Virus record (IMG/VR): IMGVR_UViG_3300033463_000079
Location: 15,491 to 79,490 of that record
DNA length: 64,000 nt
Origin: a virus
Lineage: Duplodnaviria > Caudoviricetes
Strand: one strand, 5' to 3'
Below, in pieces: positions 1 through 10,080 of the stretch; position 1 is the first letter of the stretch, and each line of letters opens with the position of its first letter. The notes below the pieces were generated by a model. The model did not search any database. It was not told the origin of the DNA and saw nothing but the letters and a program-made list of their open reading frames with translations. Both the position numbers and the translations under genes were made by a program.

Positions 1-558
1 TCTGGACTCATGGGCAAGTTCACTACAAAGGCAAAGGACAATGTTGCCGATGTAATCGACCAGTTCATCGCAAAACTGCACGTTGGTAACTGCGACAAGG
101 GTCTGGCGGCAGGCAACACCGCGATTACCAAGAACAACATTCTGGACGCAATCGACGAGGCATACCTCAAGTTACTGGAGAACAATGTTTCCAGAAGCAC
201 AAAGGTAACGCTGACTGCGCCACCGTGGTTCATTATGACCCTCAAGAGAGCCTATGTCGAACTCGACACCGATAATTCTGCCATGCTGAAGAACGGCAGA
301 GTCGGCAGATACGGCGGCATCATTCTCAAGGAGTCCAACAACGTATATCACGAAACTATCGACGTTAGTGGAACAGACAAGGAACTGTACCACATTCAGT
401 TGAAGACGGACGAGGCAATCGCGTTTGTAAACCCTTACACTCACATGGAAGGTTATCGTCCAGACCTCACATTCATTGATTGTGTAAAGGGCTACACTCT
501 GTTCGACGGCATGGTAGTTGCACCGAAGCAGGTCGTTGACCTCACGGTTTATAAGTAA
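1..558 (+). CDS. Major capsid protein, C-terminal part (HK97 fold, P22-coat-like); frame is open from position 1
   Basis: Segments PPWF..L, GRVGRYGGIILKESNN and VKGYTLFDGMVV typical of this coat family; precedes decoration and connector genes. Confidence 0.72.
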   Translation, partial: SGLMGKFTTKAKDNVADVIDQFIAKLHVGNCDKGLAAGNTAITKNNILDAIDEAYLKLLENNVSRSTKVTLTAPPWFIMTLKRAYVELDTDNSAMLKNGRVGRYGGIILKESNNVYHETIDVSGTDKELYHIQLKTDEAIAFVNPYTHMEGYRPDLTFIDCVKGYTLFDGMVVAPKQVVDLTVYK

Positions 559-571
559 GGGGGTGTAATTC

Positions 572-1018
572 ATGGCAGCAGTAAATATTCCAATTTACAG
601 ACAGGACTATGCTCTTTCTGGTGAATCACCATCACATCAGTACGCAGGCATCGAGCCAAACGTATTCTCTCCATCACTTTCTGGCGTTGCGCTGACATCT
701 TCAACGGACGCTAACTGGATTGGTGGACAGGACAACCCAACATACGGTGGAAGTGCTGACGCACCGCTTTATGGCGCGGACGACTTCAAAGACCACAAGA
801 CTCTGTTCATCTTCCAGAACACAGGCGTTGCCGCGAGCGTAACATTCGCGGCAGGGAACACCTATGCAGGCAGGGAAGTTAAGGACATGGTTATCGGCGC
901 AGGAGAAACTTGCGCAATCTGGCTCGACTCATCGAAGTTCGCTGACAAGACCGACGGCGTTATCAAGGTAACGGTAAACACGGCAAGTGTTAAGGCTTAC
1001 GGCGTAGAAATGAGATAG
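572..1018 (+). CDS. Probable capsid decoration / minor structural protein
   Basis: 148 aa, beta-rich, Gly/Ser/Ala-rich, directly after capsid with an SD. Confidence 0.45.
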   Translation: MAAVNIPIYRQDYALSGESPSHQYAGIEPNVFSPSLSGVALTSSTDANWIGGQDNPTYGGSADAPLYGADDFKDHKTLFIFQNTGVAASVTFAAGNTYAGREVKDMVIGAGETCAIWLDSSKFADKTDGVIKVTVNTASVKAYGVEMR

Positions 1019-1024
1019 TCTATC

Positions 1025-1056
1025 GGGGCAGGCTTACGGGTCTGCCCCTATTTTTT
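1025..1056 (+). terminator. Intrinsic terminator
   Basis: GGGGCAG...CTGCCCC stem followed by TATTTTTT. Confidence 0.8.
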
Positions 1057-1061
1057 CTATT

Positions 1062-2105
1062 ATGAAACTACAAATACTAATACCACAATACAAAGAAACA
1101 GACGAAGTGGCAAAGCCACTTCTGGACAGTATCGCGATTCAGCAGGGCGTGGACTTTAGTGATATTGGAGTCCTCATCTGCAACGACGGCTCGGACGTAT
1201 ATCTGTCTAACGACCTGTTGGGGTCTTATAAGTTCCACATAGAATACTGGCGTAACGAGCATAAAGGCGTGTCTGGCACAAGGAACGCACTTATGGACAT
1301 GGCAACCGCAGATTATATCATGTTCTGCGATGCAGATGATATGTTCGTTAGTGCCTGCGGTCTGTACCAAATCATGCTCGACATAGGGCAGGGATTCGAT
1401 GCACTCAATTCTGTGTTCATTGAAGAAGCCTGCCAAAAGGACGGCAAGATGGTTTACATCACGCACGACAACGACTCAACTTTTGTTCACGGCAAGGTGT
1501 ATCGCAGACAGTATCTAATCGACAATAACATTAGGTGGAACGATGCTTTAACGATACATGAGGACTCGTTCTTCAACGTCATCGCACTTAATATGACCGA
1601 CAAAGTTAGGATTTGCAAGAATCCGTTTTATCTTTGGAAATATCGCGAATCGTCCGTGTGCAGGCACGACTCAAAGTATATGCTCAAGACTTTCGACAAG
1701 TTCCTTGATTCCAACGATGCTCTGGTAGATGAAATGATTAAACGGGGCGCGATGGACAAGGCGATGTACTTCTGCACCCACATGGTATTTGACACTTACT
1801 ACACGATGAACAAGCCCGAATGGGTCAATCAAGAGAACCAAGAACACCGCGAGAGAGTGGAAAGACGGTTTGCCGAGTATTTTGCAAAGCACAGAGCATT
1901 GTGGGACGCAGTTCCTATGGCAGACAAGACTAATGTTTCCGCGACTGCAAGAGAGAAGAACTTGAAACAGGGTATGCTCCTTGAGGCGGTCACGGTGTTT
2001 GACTGGTTGAAAAGTGTAATGAACAAACGATTAAATTCAAACCTTATAGACTTGAGAATCACAGGAGAAGAACAATGTCTACAAGAAGACAAAGAGAAAG
2101 AATGA
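1062..2105 (+). CDS. Glycosyltransferase, GT-A fold (GT2-like)
   Basis: ILIPQYK start, NDGS, GVSGTRN, YIMFCDADD (DXD), VHGKVYRR and HED motifs. Confidence 0.88.
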   Translation: MKLQILIPQYKETDEVAKPLLDSIAIQQGVDFSDIGVLICNDGSDVYLSNDLLGSYKFHIEYWRNEHKGVSGTRNALMDMATADYIMFCDADDMFVSACGLYQIMLDIGQGFDALNSVFIEEACQKDGKMVYITHDNDSTFVHGKVYRRQYLIDNNIRWNDALTIHEDSFFNVIALNMTDKVRICKNPFYLWKYRESSVCRHDSKYMLKTFDKFLDSNDALVDEMIKRGAMDKAMYFCTHMVFDTYYTMNKPEWVNQENQEHRERVERRFAEYFAKHRALWDAVPMADKTNVSATAREKNLKQGMLLEAVTVFDWLKSVMNKRLNSNLIDLRITGEEQCLQEDKEKE

Positions 2106-2254
2106 GGCTTGAACGCATGGCGTTTGACGATGCCGTTGAAGCCGAAAGAAATCGCCGTGAGAGCGATTTAACGGAGCAGGAAAAGAAAGACCTTACTCCG
2201 AAGAAAAAACCCGCCAAATCGAAGAAATCAGCCCCACAGAGGGATAAGAAATGA
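2075..2254 (+). CDS. Small basic hypothetical protein (59 aa, not in track)
   Basis: AGGAG SD at ~2062, MSTRRQRERMRLER...KK, ATGA overlap with the next gene. Confidence 0.6.
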   Translation: MSTRRQRERMRLERMAFDDAVEAERNRRESDLTEQEKKDLTPKKKPAKSKKSAPQRDKK

Positions 2255-2895
2255 ACTACGGACAAATAAAGCAAAACTTAATCAGTCTGGGCTTTGCCGA
2301 AGAATCGGATTATGAAGAATTTGAAGAACTCGGCTATACCTATGACGCTATCAATAGAGCAATCAGTCAAATCGGCAATCAGTTTCCGTACATCGCAAAG
2401 TACGAGTTTGAGATAGACGACTCCGACACAGGAATCCTATATGTCGATATGACGGACAGAGCAGGATTTTTGGCACTCGCGCAGGAGACGCCTGTAGTGT
2501 TCGAGGCTAACGGCGATGAAGTGTTTAGGAAGTTTGGCGACTACCAAATCGAAATGGAACACACAATCGTAATGAAAGCCGACGACTACGCAGGCTCTTT
2601 TAGAGTGTATTACGACAAGGCGTGTACGACCATCACATCGGCAACGCCAGACTCTTTCGTGCCAGAACTGCCGACAAAGGTGCATCATTTGATTCCACTT
2701 CTGGCGGCGTACTATCTGTGGCTCGATGACGACGAGAGAAAAGCCGTCCAATACTACAATATGTACGAGACAGAACTTGCTCTGGTATTGCAGAAACAGA
2801 ACGCACCGAGAATGAGAGTCGTTACCGAGTGGGGCAATAACTGGCAAGGCACGAACCTTAACGTAAGCAAAGAAGAATGGGCGAGGTGGCACTAA
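2251..2895 (+). CDS. Head-tail adaptor protein
   Basis: Position after capsid; C-terminal PELP..VHHLIPLLAAYYLWLDDD..KA.QYYNMYE adaptor-like helices. Confidence 0.6.
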   Translation: MNYGQIKQNLISLGFAEESDYEEFEELGYTYDAINRAISQIGNQFPYIAKYEFEIDDSDTGILYVDMTDRAGFLALAQETPVVFEANGDEVFRKFGDYQIEMEHTIVMKADDYAGSFRVYYDKACTTITSATPDSFVPELPTKVHHLIPLLAAYYLWLDDDERKAVQYYNMYETELALVLQKQNAPRMRVVTEWGNNWQGTNLNVSKEEWARWH

Positions 2896-4190
2896 TGGCT
2901 ATTGAATTACCTGCCTCTCCAAAGGTCTATACAACCAAATATACAAACTTCAAGGGCGTAGACTTTACCAATGACCCTACGAATGTATGGTACAGAAGAA
3001 GTCCGTCTGGCGTGAATATGCTACCAGACGCAAGTGGCAGACCGTTCAAAAGACACGGTTGGAGTATTCTTTTATCAAACAACGATTTGTGCGATGCTCT
3101 TTCCCTTTTCGGTTATGAAGAAGTGACATTAACGGAAGACGAATTTAACGCAGACAAGACAAGGTATTTTGTTCTCGTCAGCACGGAGTATGTTCGTTGT
3201 ACCGATGCGAGTGTTTATGACGATGAAGAAACCTACTATATCCGTATCTATCCGCAGGGTGGCGATGACCCTTTGGGTGAACCGCCAATCATCACAAAAT
3301 GTTCGTACTTTGAATTAGCAGGAGTAGACCATATCGTGATATTCACGGATAAAGGCGTTATCTTCTACAACGGCGAAGTAACGGCGGTAAACACGGACTA
3401 CGATTGCTACACGGGATATGATAGGTCGTTCTTCTTTGAGGGCGATGGCACAAGTGCGTTTTATATATACGGCAACTTTAAGGTTTGGAGATACGAAAGT
3501 GATTTTATTCTCCATGATGCATCTTCGCAGGTCACCGTTCCAACTGTTTTGATTGGGGCAGAAGCAAACTGCGTTGGAACGATGCACGAGGGTTACAATC
3601 TTCTCGGCACGAGAGCAAGTGTAGAATATTGTGACAAGGATTTGTTTGCCTTTTGGGGAACGGATAAATTGTCGTTTGAGGTAGATAAAACCACATTCAC
3701 AACCGCACACGCCAAAAACTACTCGATGACATACACATATAAAACCGTGGGTGGAACGACAACGTGGTACGACACATCAAATACTGCGGTAACTTTATCA
3801 ACGCATGGCATCACGGTCTATACCGCGCCGAAAGTAGGCGACCAGATTTTCGTTGTCAATGCTCACGGCGTTTTATTTCCAAACAATGTTTCCATCGCAC
3901 AGTACGAAGAAGTGTCTATTTTCGGGACGAAGACAGACAAACAGTTTGGCTATGAAATGGAAACAATAAACACAGGAACGCCGTCAGTCGGTCAATGCCT
4001 GCTACACCCAGACACCATCACAGACAACAGAGAAAGACAGCAGGCATGGGTAGAGTTTAGTCCAAGTGAGTCGTTTACTTCGGTTGACGGCGAGGACTAC
4101 ATCAAGGCGATATTCCCGACAGTTACAGTAACAATCACGCCGTATGTGAATGAATCATACACAAGTTCGGCGAGTCTGGTAGGTGCATGA
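2895..4190 (+). CDS. Tail nozzle / DNA stabilisation protein, N-terminal half
   Basis: NFKGVDFT...GVNM...KRHG N-terminus matches the start of nozzle proteins (compare EFKGINRR at 40936); GAGGTGG SD and TAATG overlap favour start 2895. Confidence 0.55.
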   Translation: MAIELPASPKVYTTKYTNFKGVDFTNDPTNVWYRRSPSGVNMLPDASGRPFKRHGWSILLSNNDLCDALSLFGYEEVTLTEDEFNADKTRYFVLVSTEYVRCTDASVYDDEETYYIRIYPQGGDDPLGEPPIITKCSYFELAGVDHIVIFTDKGVIFYNGEVTAVNTDYDCYTGYDRSFFFEGDGTSAFYIYGNFKVWRYESDFILHDASSQVTVPTVLIGAEANCVGTMHEGYNLLGTRASVEYCDKDLFAFWGTDKLSFEVDKTTFTTAHAKNYSMTYTYKTVGGTTTWYDTSNTAVTLSTHGITVYTAPKVGDQIFVVNAHGVLFPNNVSIAQYEEVSIFGTKTDKQFGYEMETINTGTPSVGQCLLHPDTITDNRERQQAWVEFSPSESFTSVDGEDYIKAIFPTVTVTITPYVNESYTSSASLVGA

Positions 4191-4191
4191 T

Positions 4192-6693
4192 ATGGCAACA
4201 AGAGTATACGGCGGTACAGTAAAAGGGTATTGGCGAGTCTATTTAGACTACAATTGGTATCCTAATCATAGTGCCACACAAGCAAGAATAGAATGGTGGT
4301 ACGGCATTGAGTTCGTCAAAGCACCAAAAGGGAACGGCGATACCAACGGCAACTACCAATCCGAATATGACAGACCTACCTATGTGGCGTGTACGTCACA
4401 GACACAACAGAACAAATACCCAACCGCCAAGTTCACTACAACATGGTGGAATAATGGTGGTAGGCGGTATCAGTATGGGTCTGGCAACTTCTATTACACA
4501 AAGACAACTTCAACAAAGGCGGTAACATTAACTGCATACATAGCACATACCACAAGTTCAACTACTTATTCTGGTGCGTCAAGCAAATCAGTAGGGTTTA
4601 CCGTTCCTACACTTGCATCGTACACGGTTTCATATAACGCAAATGGTGGAAGTGGGCAACCTTCCAACCAAACGAAATGGTACGGGCAAACGCTGACGCT
4701 TTCTCCCACCAAGCCTACACGGACGGGATTCAATTTCAAGAATTGGAACACGGCATCTGGTGGCACGGGAACGGCATATAATTCTGGTGCGTCTTACACA
4801 ACTAACGCAGGGGCAACACTATATGCACAATGGACTCCTACAAACCCACCGACTTGTGATATTGGGAATTTGGAACTGTCCGTCAATGGCACTCCGCAAT
4901 CTTCAAGCGACATTATAAGAGGTTTTACGGACATATCGTGTAGCATTTCCAATATCGTTGTTCCAATAACGGGGAGAACACTTGACTCTATCAAAATGTC
5001 AATCGCAGGGGTAACGGCAAATGCAGTTATCTCGGACGATTCTGGCACGATAACGATGGACAACACACAGTTCAATTCATCGCATCAAGGAACATGGGCG
5101 GTAACGGTAACTACAAAAGATAGTGCAGGGGCAGAGAAAACATACAACCTCGGCAACATCAATATTGTCGCGCCTACATGGGAAGAAACCGTAACTATAA
5201 GCCAACCCGTTCCTGCGAAGGACTCAAACGGCTATGCGATGCTTGACTCGTTACAAATAGCAAGAACTCCCGTTGATATATCCGACCCAGACAATCTTGT
5301 GTGGGACACGGTTTCAAAAGACGGAATTTCTTTCATAGATAATGGCGATAATACATGGACGTTCACTTATGTGTTTGACGAGAACCATGTAAGTGATTCC
5401 ACCTCGTTGACTCCAGATACGGCAATACGGGCATCATATAAACACTATGATTCCAATGCCTCATTAGGCGGTCAATCGTTCTACACAACATCAAGAAACC
5501 AGAACTATTCCAACGGAATATACAATGTGATGTTCGTGGGCGGAGTGGATAACAAGAACTTCCCAGAATACACATCACGGGTATGGTGGTGCAAGATAAA
5601 CAATCCTCTTTACTTCCCAGACACTTCGTATATAGAAGTCGGTTCTAACGATACGGCGGTGCAGGGATTAACGAAAGTAGGGGATTACCTTGCGGTTGTA
5701 AAGCAATCAAAGACCACAGACACGGCGATATTCCTCTTATATCCAACATCGTTTGAGGAAGAAACGACCTATGCGGTCAAGCAGGGCGTACAAGGCGTTG
5801 GTGCGTTGGCAAGATATTCATTCAATATTCTTGGCGATGAAACATTGTTCCTCTCACCAAAGGGGGTCATGGCAATCGTTCCAACGCAGGACGAAGAACA
5901 CAAGGTACAGAACAGGTCGTATTTTGTTGACAAAAAACTTCTTGCAGAAGACGCAAAGGATTCCTATTCATTCGTACATGACGGCAAGTATTATCTGGCA
6001 ATCGGCAACGGACATTGTTATGTGCTTGACGGAAACCAGAGAAATTCATGGGGGAATGATAAGACCAACCTCGTTTATGAGTGTTACTATCTTGAGAATG
6101 TTCCTGCGAAGTGCTTTGTGAAATACCAAGACTCATTGGTATTCTCGGATAACGACAATGTTTGCATTTTCTCTGGTGGTTATGTAGATGCCTATGACGA
6201 TGACGGCAACGAAAATGTGCCTGTCAAGGCAGAGTGGTCAACCATATTTGATGATGACGGCTCTCTGCATTACTACAAGACGATGCAAAAGAAAGGCAAC
6301 CTCGTATCGGTTCTTCCGATAGAGAACGAGCGTCCATACGAAGAAGTTGCGATAGACGAGGACACATTCAACGATGACAAAGAACGGTACTTCATATTGG
6401 AAGACGGCAAGTTCGTACAATGCACGGAAAGTGATGTGTATGACCCAACGCAGACTTACTACATAGAGAACCGTCCTAACACAAGAATCTTCGTAAAGAA
6501 AGACAACAACGAACCCGTAGAGATACAGAGGAAGTTCGGTCTTTCCTCGGACATTCCAAGTGAAATGTTCCTCAATAAGAAGTTCAAGAAATACAAAAGG
6601 TTACAGTTCATTCTCACAAACGATGCAGAAGAAGACTTCGGCGTTGACGAGATAGTGAAGAATTATACCGTAGGGAATTACGCAAAGAAATGA
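4192..6693 (+). CDS. Fusion: adhesin-like N-terminus with InlB-B/Listeria-Bacteroides repeat plus C-terminal half of the nozzle beta-propeller
   Basis: YTVSYNANGGSG...PTRTGFNFKNWN repeat; C-terminal NNPLYFPDTSYIEVG, GALARYSF, LFLSPKGV propeller motifs. Confidence 0.6.
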   Translation: MATRVYGGTVKGYWRVYLDYNWYPNHSATQARIEWWYGIEFVKAPKGNGDTNGNYQSEYDRPTYVACTSQTQQNKYPTAKFTTTWWNNGGRRYQYGSGNFYYTKTTSTKAVTLTAYIAHTTSSTTYSGASSKSVGFTVPTLASYTVSYNANGGSGQPSNQTKWYGQTLTLSPTKPTRTGFNFKNWNTASGGTGTAYNSGASYTTNAGATLYAQWTPTNPPTCDIGNLELSVNGTPQSSSDIIRGFTDISCSISNIVVPITGRTLDSIKMSIAGVTANAVISDDSGTITMDNTQFNSSHQGTWAVTVTTKDSAGAEKTYNLGNINIVAPTWEETVTISQPVPAKDSNGYAMLDSLQIARTPVDISDPDNLVWDTVSKDGISFIDNGDNTWTFTYVFDENHVSDSTSLTPDTAIRASYKHYDSNASLGGQSFYTTSRNQNYSNGIYNVMFVGGVDNKNFPEYTSRVWWCKINNPLYFPDTSYIEVGSNDTAVQGLTKVGDYLAVVKQSKTTDTAIFLLYPTSFEEETTYAVKQGVQGVGALARYSFNILGDETLFLSPKGVMAIVPTQDEEHKVQNRSYFVDKKLLAEDAKDSYSFVHDGKYYLAIGNGHCYVLDGNQRNSWGNDKTNLVYECYYLENVPAKCFVKYQDSLVFSDNDNVCIFSGGYVDAYDDDGNENVPVKAEWSTIFDDDGSLHYYKTMQKKGNLVSVLPIENERPYEEVAIDEDTFNDDKERYFILEDGKFVQCTESDVYDPTQTYYIENRPNTRIFVKKDNNEPVEIQRKFGLSSDIPSEMFLNKKFKKYKRLQFILTNDAEEDFGVDEIVKNYTVGNYAKK

Positions 6694-7121
6694 CGAGATA
6701 TAACAGAGAAGACCCAAGAACGGTTCTACCACAACTTGAGAAAGAGTTTAACAACAAACTTGAGAAACCGTTGACCGTCGTTGACTCTCTTTTTTCTGTC
6801 CAAAAGGACGGGAGTGTAACTCTCAATGTCAAAGAAATCCCATTAACGGGGAGTCAATGCACTATTGGTGGCTACAACTGTGCGTACCAAATCGGCAACA
6901 TTGTATTCCTCTCTTTTAATTTCAACATTACAACGGCTACATCAAGTTACGATTACATTTCTGGGTTGCCGAAACCAATCCATAATTGGGCGTGTAGTGG
7001 TACAACTACGGGGTCTGCTAATCAAACAAGATGGTATGTTTCAAAAGATGGAACTTTGAGGGCTGATGGGGCAACCATAACGGGTTGGCAGAACGGTTCT
7101 GTAGTATATATCTGCGAATAA
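6690..7121 (+). CDS. Small tail fibre/tip protein
   Basis: C-terminal YQIGNIVFL...ISGLPKP...WYVSKDGTL beta domain common at fibre tips. Confidence 0.5.
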   Translation: MTRYNREDPRTVLPQLEKEFNNKLEKPLTVVDSLFSVQKDGSVTLNVKEIPLTGSQCTIGGYNCAYQIGNIVFLSFNFNITTATSSYDYISGLPKPIHNWACSGTTTGSANQTRWYVSKDGTLRADGATITGWQNGSVVYICE

Positions 7122-7131
7122 GGAGAAATAA

Positions 7132-7524
7132 ATGTTAAAGATAGACACAGAAAAAATGATGATATGCCTTACAAGGGGCGATACGGCAAATATCGTGTTT
7201 AGTGCGATACAAGATGACGGCACAACATACCACGCACAACCGAATGATGTTCTGCGTTTCGCCGTGGCAAAAAAGGTAGGCGCAGACCCAGTTTTTGAGC
7301 CAGAGCCAAACATCATGGGGAATGACCCAAGTGAAGAAGATGATTTTTGGACGGTCACGATTCAGCCTGCACACACAAATTCTCTCAAGTTTGGGGATTA
7401 TGTATTTGATGTGCAACTGACTCGTTATAACAATGGCGACCCTCAAGTAGACACAATCATCGGCACAACTGACGAGGTTCAGCCAATCTTTAGGGTATGG
7501 GGCGAAGTATCGCCAGAGGACTAA
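7132..7524 (+). CDS. BppU N-terminal-like tail structural protein
   Basis: LTRGDTANIVF...LRFAV...TIQPAHTNSLKFGDYVFDVQL pattern. Confidence 0.6.
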   Translation: MLKIDTEKMMICLTRGDTANIVFSAIQDDGTTYHAQPNDVLRFAVAKKVGADPVFEPEPNIMGNDPSEEDDFWTVTIQPAHTNSLKFGDYVFDVQLTRYNNGDPQVDTIIGTTDEVQPIFRVWGEVSPED

Positions 7525-7525
7525 C

Positions 7526-9820
7526 ATGGATATTCTCATTGGACAAATCGCCTCGGCGGTACAACTTCAAGGCTCTATATCTGGCGAGGAACAGTTAAAA
7601 GGTTCTTTTGATTTATTCAAGTTGCCAGAGCATCAGTACGAGGGTTCATACACGGTAACACCTACTGAATCCGAACAAGTCCTGCCGACTTCTGGCAGAA
7701 CGCCTTTATCCAACATTACAGTTTCGCCGATACCAAGTGAATATATCATTCCGTCTGGCACGGTCACAATCACGCAAAGTAGTGGTGCTGATGTGACACA
7801 ATACGCATCAGCCGATGTGCAGAGTGCTTCAATCCAAAAGAGTTACGAGGAAGAATTTTACACAAACGCAGGTGGCAATTATATGTTCCATCTTCAGCCT
7901 CATGTAGAAGTCCAATCGGCAGGTTGGACGGACACGGGAGAAAAGTACGGTTGGAATCATATCTACCGTGCTATGCCTTTTGGAGTAACGGTTACTCCAA
8001 GTGAGTCGGTACAGTATGTTGGATATAGCAACACCAACACGATGTTAGAGGGCAGAGTGACCGTAGACGCAATCCCTTCGGATTATGTTGGAACATCAAT
8101 CCCAAGACACGATTCTTCGGATATTTACCCAGATGCAGGGTACACGGTAGTTACGCCAAGTGGGTATTACGAATCCGATGGCGTGTTCCAAGTTCCTTAC
8201 GAAACGCACACCGCACCAAGCATATCTTACGATTCAAGTGGGCTAATCACGGCTATACATTATCAAGAATCCGAAAAACTCTGTATTGGGAGTGACCTCA
8301 CATCAAATACACTACAACTCCCAAGTGCATCTGTTAGTTCGTACTTCTCATACGGTTATAGTACTATAGGCGGTTCAAAGGCATGGACTATTGAGTGTGG
8401 CGAAAGCATTACTGACGGTTGGATTGGTGCTTCATCGTATTCCGATAGTTATTGGTTTGGCGTTGTTCCGTCTGGCACGGTCATCACTCCAACGGAGTCT
8501 TCGCAGACCGCAGGTCATGCTGATTACATGATGGAAGATGCAATAACAGTATCGCCAATACCATCGGAGTATGTCATTCCAAGTGGAACGATAGAGATAG
8601 AAAACGGTGGCGATACCGATGTAGCGGGCTATGAAACGGCAGATGTTCCGTATGGAAGTCTTTACGCAGGGTATGACAGCAGTTATGTGACCTCAAGTGG
8701 TGTTAAAAAATGGCGTGTTCGTGGAAACGCAACGGCGGTATCTGGTTGGCTTGATGGGCAACACGCATACGGAGAATACGATTACTACGATGTTGTTCCG
8801 TCTGGCACAACTGTAACACCAAGCACATCGTCACAGACAATCGGTGGAACAAACTACATGATGCAGAGTGCGGTTACTGTATCGCCAATCCCATCACAGT
8901 ATATAGTGCCAAGTGGAACAATATCCATTTCTTCAAATGGCACGGTTGATGTAACGCAATACGCATCGGCAAGTATAAGTGTTCCGTCTTCCGCACCGAA
9001 TTTGCAGAACAAGACATTTACAGTATCGGCATACGGCACGGCAAGTGTGTCGGCAGATGCAGGGTATGACGGACTATCAAAGGTAACAATCACAACGCCA
9101 AGTGGTACGGCGAAAGCACCAACCTCAATCAGCCAAACGGGTGCAACGATAACAACGGGAACAAACTCACTCATACTGACGAAGAACAATGTTTCCGTAA
9201 CACCGTCTGTATCGGCAGGATATATCTCAAGTGGAACGGCAACGAATGTAAGTATAACCTTGTCGGCTACCACAACAATTCAAGGTGCGTCAACATATTA
9301 TCCGTCCACGGCAGACCAGACTATTTCATCGTCAAGATACCTCACGGGTACGCAGACATTTAAGGGAGTAACTACTTCCAACCTCACGGCAGGCAACATA
9401 AAGTCTGGCGTAGTGGTGCAAGTTGGCGATTCCGCAGACTCCGACAGAATCCTATCCGTAACGGGAACTTACTCTGGCGGTGGCGGTGGCGATAAAAATG
9501 TTCAAATAGCACAAAGCACAACGAGAGCAACCTCGTCAACCTATGTAAAGTGTTGCGGAGATATTACCGTAGCAACGACTGGAACATACGATGTGTATTG
9601 GACTTATTTTAGGTCATCAACTTCTGGCACATGGGGTTCGCAACTTTACATCAACGATGTATCGCAAGGAACAACATATTCAACATTCACGAACCATGTA
9701 TGTAATGTCCATATATCCAATGTGTCGCTCACGGCAAATCAAAAGGTTTCCGTATATGCTCGGTCAAGAGGTTCTAACTACTACGGGTATATCGGACAGT
9801 TAGTAATAATAGAGAGTTAA
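7526..9820 (+). CDS. Tail fibre / receptor-binding protein, Ser/Thr-rich with internal repeats
   Basis: Three TVTP..S.Q...ITVSPIPS.Y.IPSGT repeats; C-terminal beta-sandwich tip shared with 49615..51435. Confidence 0.75.
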   Translation: MDILIGQIASAVQLQGSISGEEQLKGSFDLFKLPEHQYEGSYTVTPTESEQVLPTSGRTPLSNITVSPIPSEYIIPSGTVTITQSSGADVTQYASADVQSASIQKSYEEEFYTNAGGNYMFHLQPHVEVQSAGWTDTGEKYGWNHIYRAMPFGVTVTPSESVQYVGYSNTNTMLEGRVTVDAIPSDYVGTSIPRHDSSDIYPDAGYTVVTPSGYYESDGVFQVPYETHTAPSISYDSSGLITAIHYQESEKLCIGSDLTSNTLQLPSASVSSYFSYGYSTIGGSKAWTIECGESITDGWIGASSYSDSYWFGVVPSGTVITPTESSQTAGHADYMMEDAITVSPIPSEYVIPSGTIEIENGGDTDVAGYETADVPYGSLYAGYDSSYVTSSGVKKWRVRGNATAVSGWLDGQHAYGEYDYYDVVPSGTTVTPSTSSQTIGGTNYMMQSAVTVSPIPSQYIVPSGTISISSNGTVDVTQYASASISVPSSAPNLQNKTFTVSAYGTASVSADAGYDGLSKVTITTPSGTAKAPTSISQTGATITTGTNSLILTKNNVSVTPSVSAGYISSGTATNVSITLSATTTIQGASTYYPSTADQTISSSRYLTGTQTFKGVTTSNLTAGNIKSGVVVQVGDSADSDRILSVTGTYSGGGGGDKNVQIAQSTTRATSSTYVKCCGDITVATTGTYDVYWTYFRSSTSGTWGSQLYINDVSQGTTYSTFTNHVCNVHISNVSLTANQKVSVYARSRGSNYYGYIGQLVIIES

Positions 9821-9822
9821 TC

Positions 9823-10071
9823 ATGGCTTATTACGGAACGATAGTCGGCAAGAAAAGCACAACTGAAAACATGACGGGGAGAATCCACACTTGCCATGTT
9901 CATTACGAACCTTACCCAGAATACACGGGTACTTATGTGGCAACTCCGACTTCAAGTAAACAGTCTTTTCCTACCGCCGACAAAAAAATGAACGAAAACT
10001 TTAGAGTCAATGCGACTCCAATAAAGAAAGCATCAAATTCAGCAGGCGGTTACACAGTAACCATACTATAG
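9823..10071 (+). CDS. Small tail-associated protein
   Basis: 82 aa, YTG.Y..TP repeat unit, ends NSAGGYTVTIL. Confidence 0.55.
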   Translation: MAYYGTIVGKKSTTENMTGRIHTCHVHYEPYPEYTGTYVATPTSSKQSFPTADKKMNENFRVNATPIKKASNSAGGYTVTIL

Positions 10072-10080
10072 GAGAATATC

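Noticed and set aside
539-575. Programmed frameshift extending capsid A into the decoration gene
   Set aside because: No convincing slippery heptamer; the downstream gene has its own SD and start
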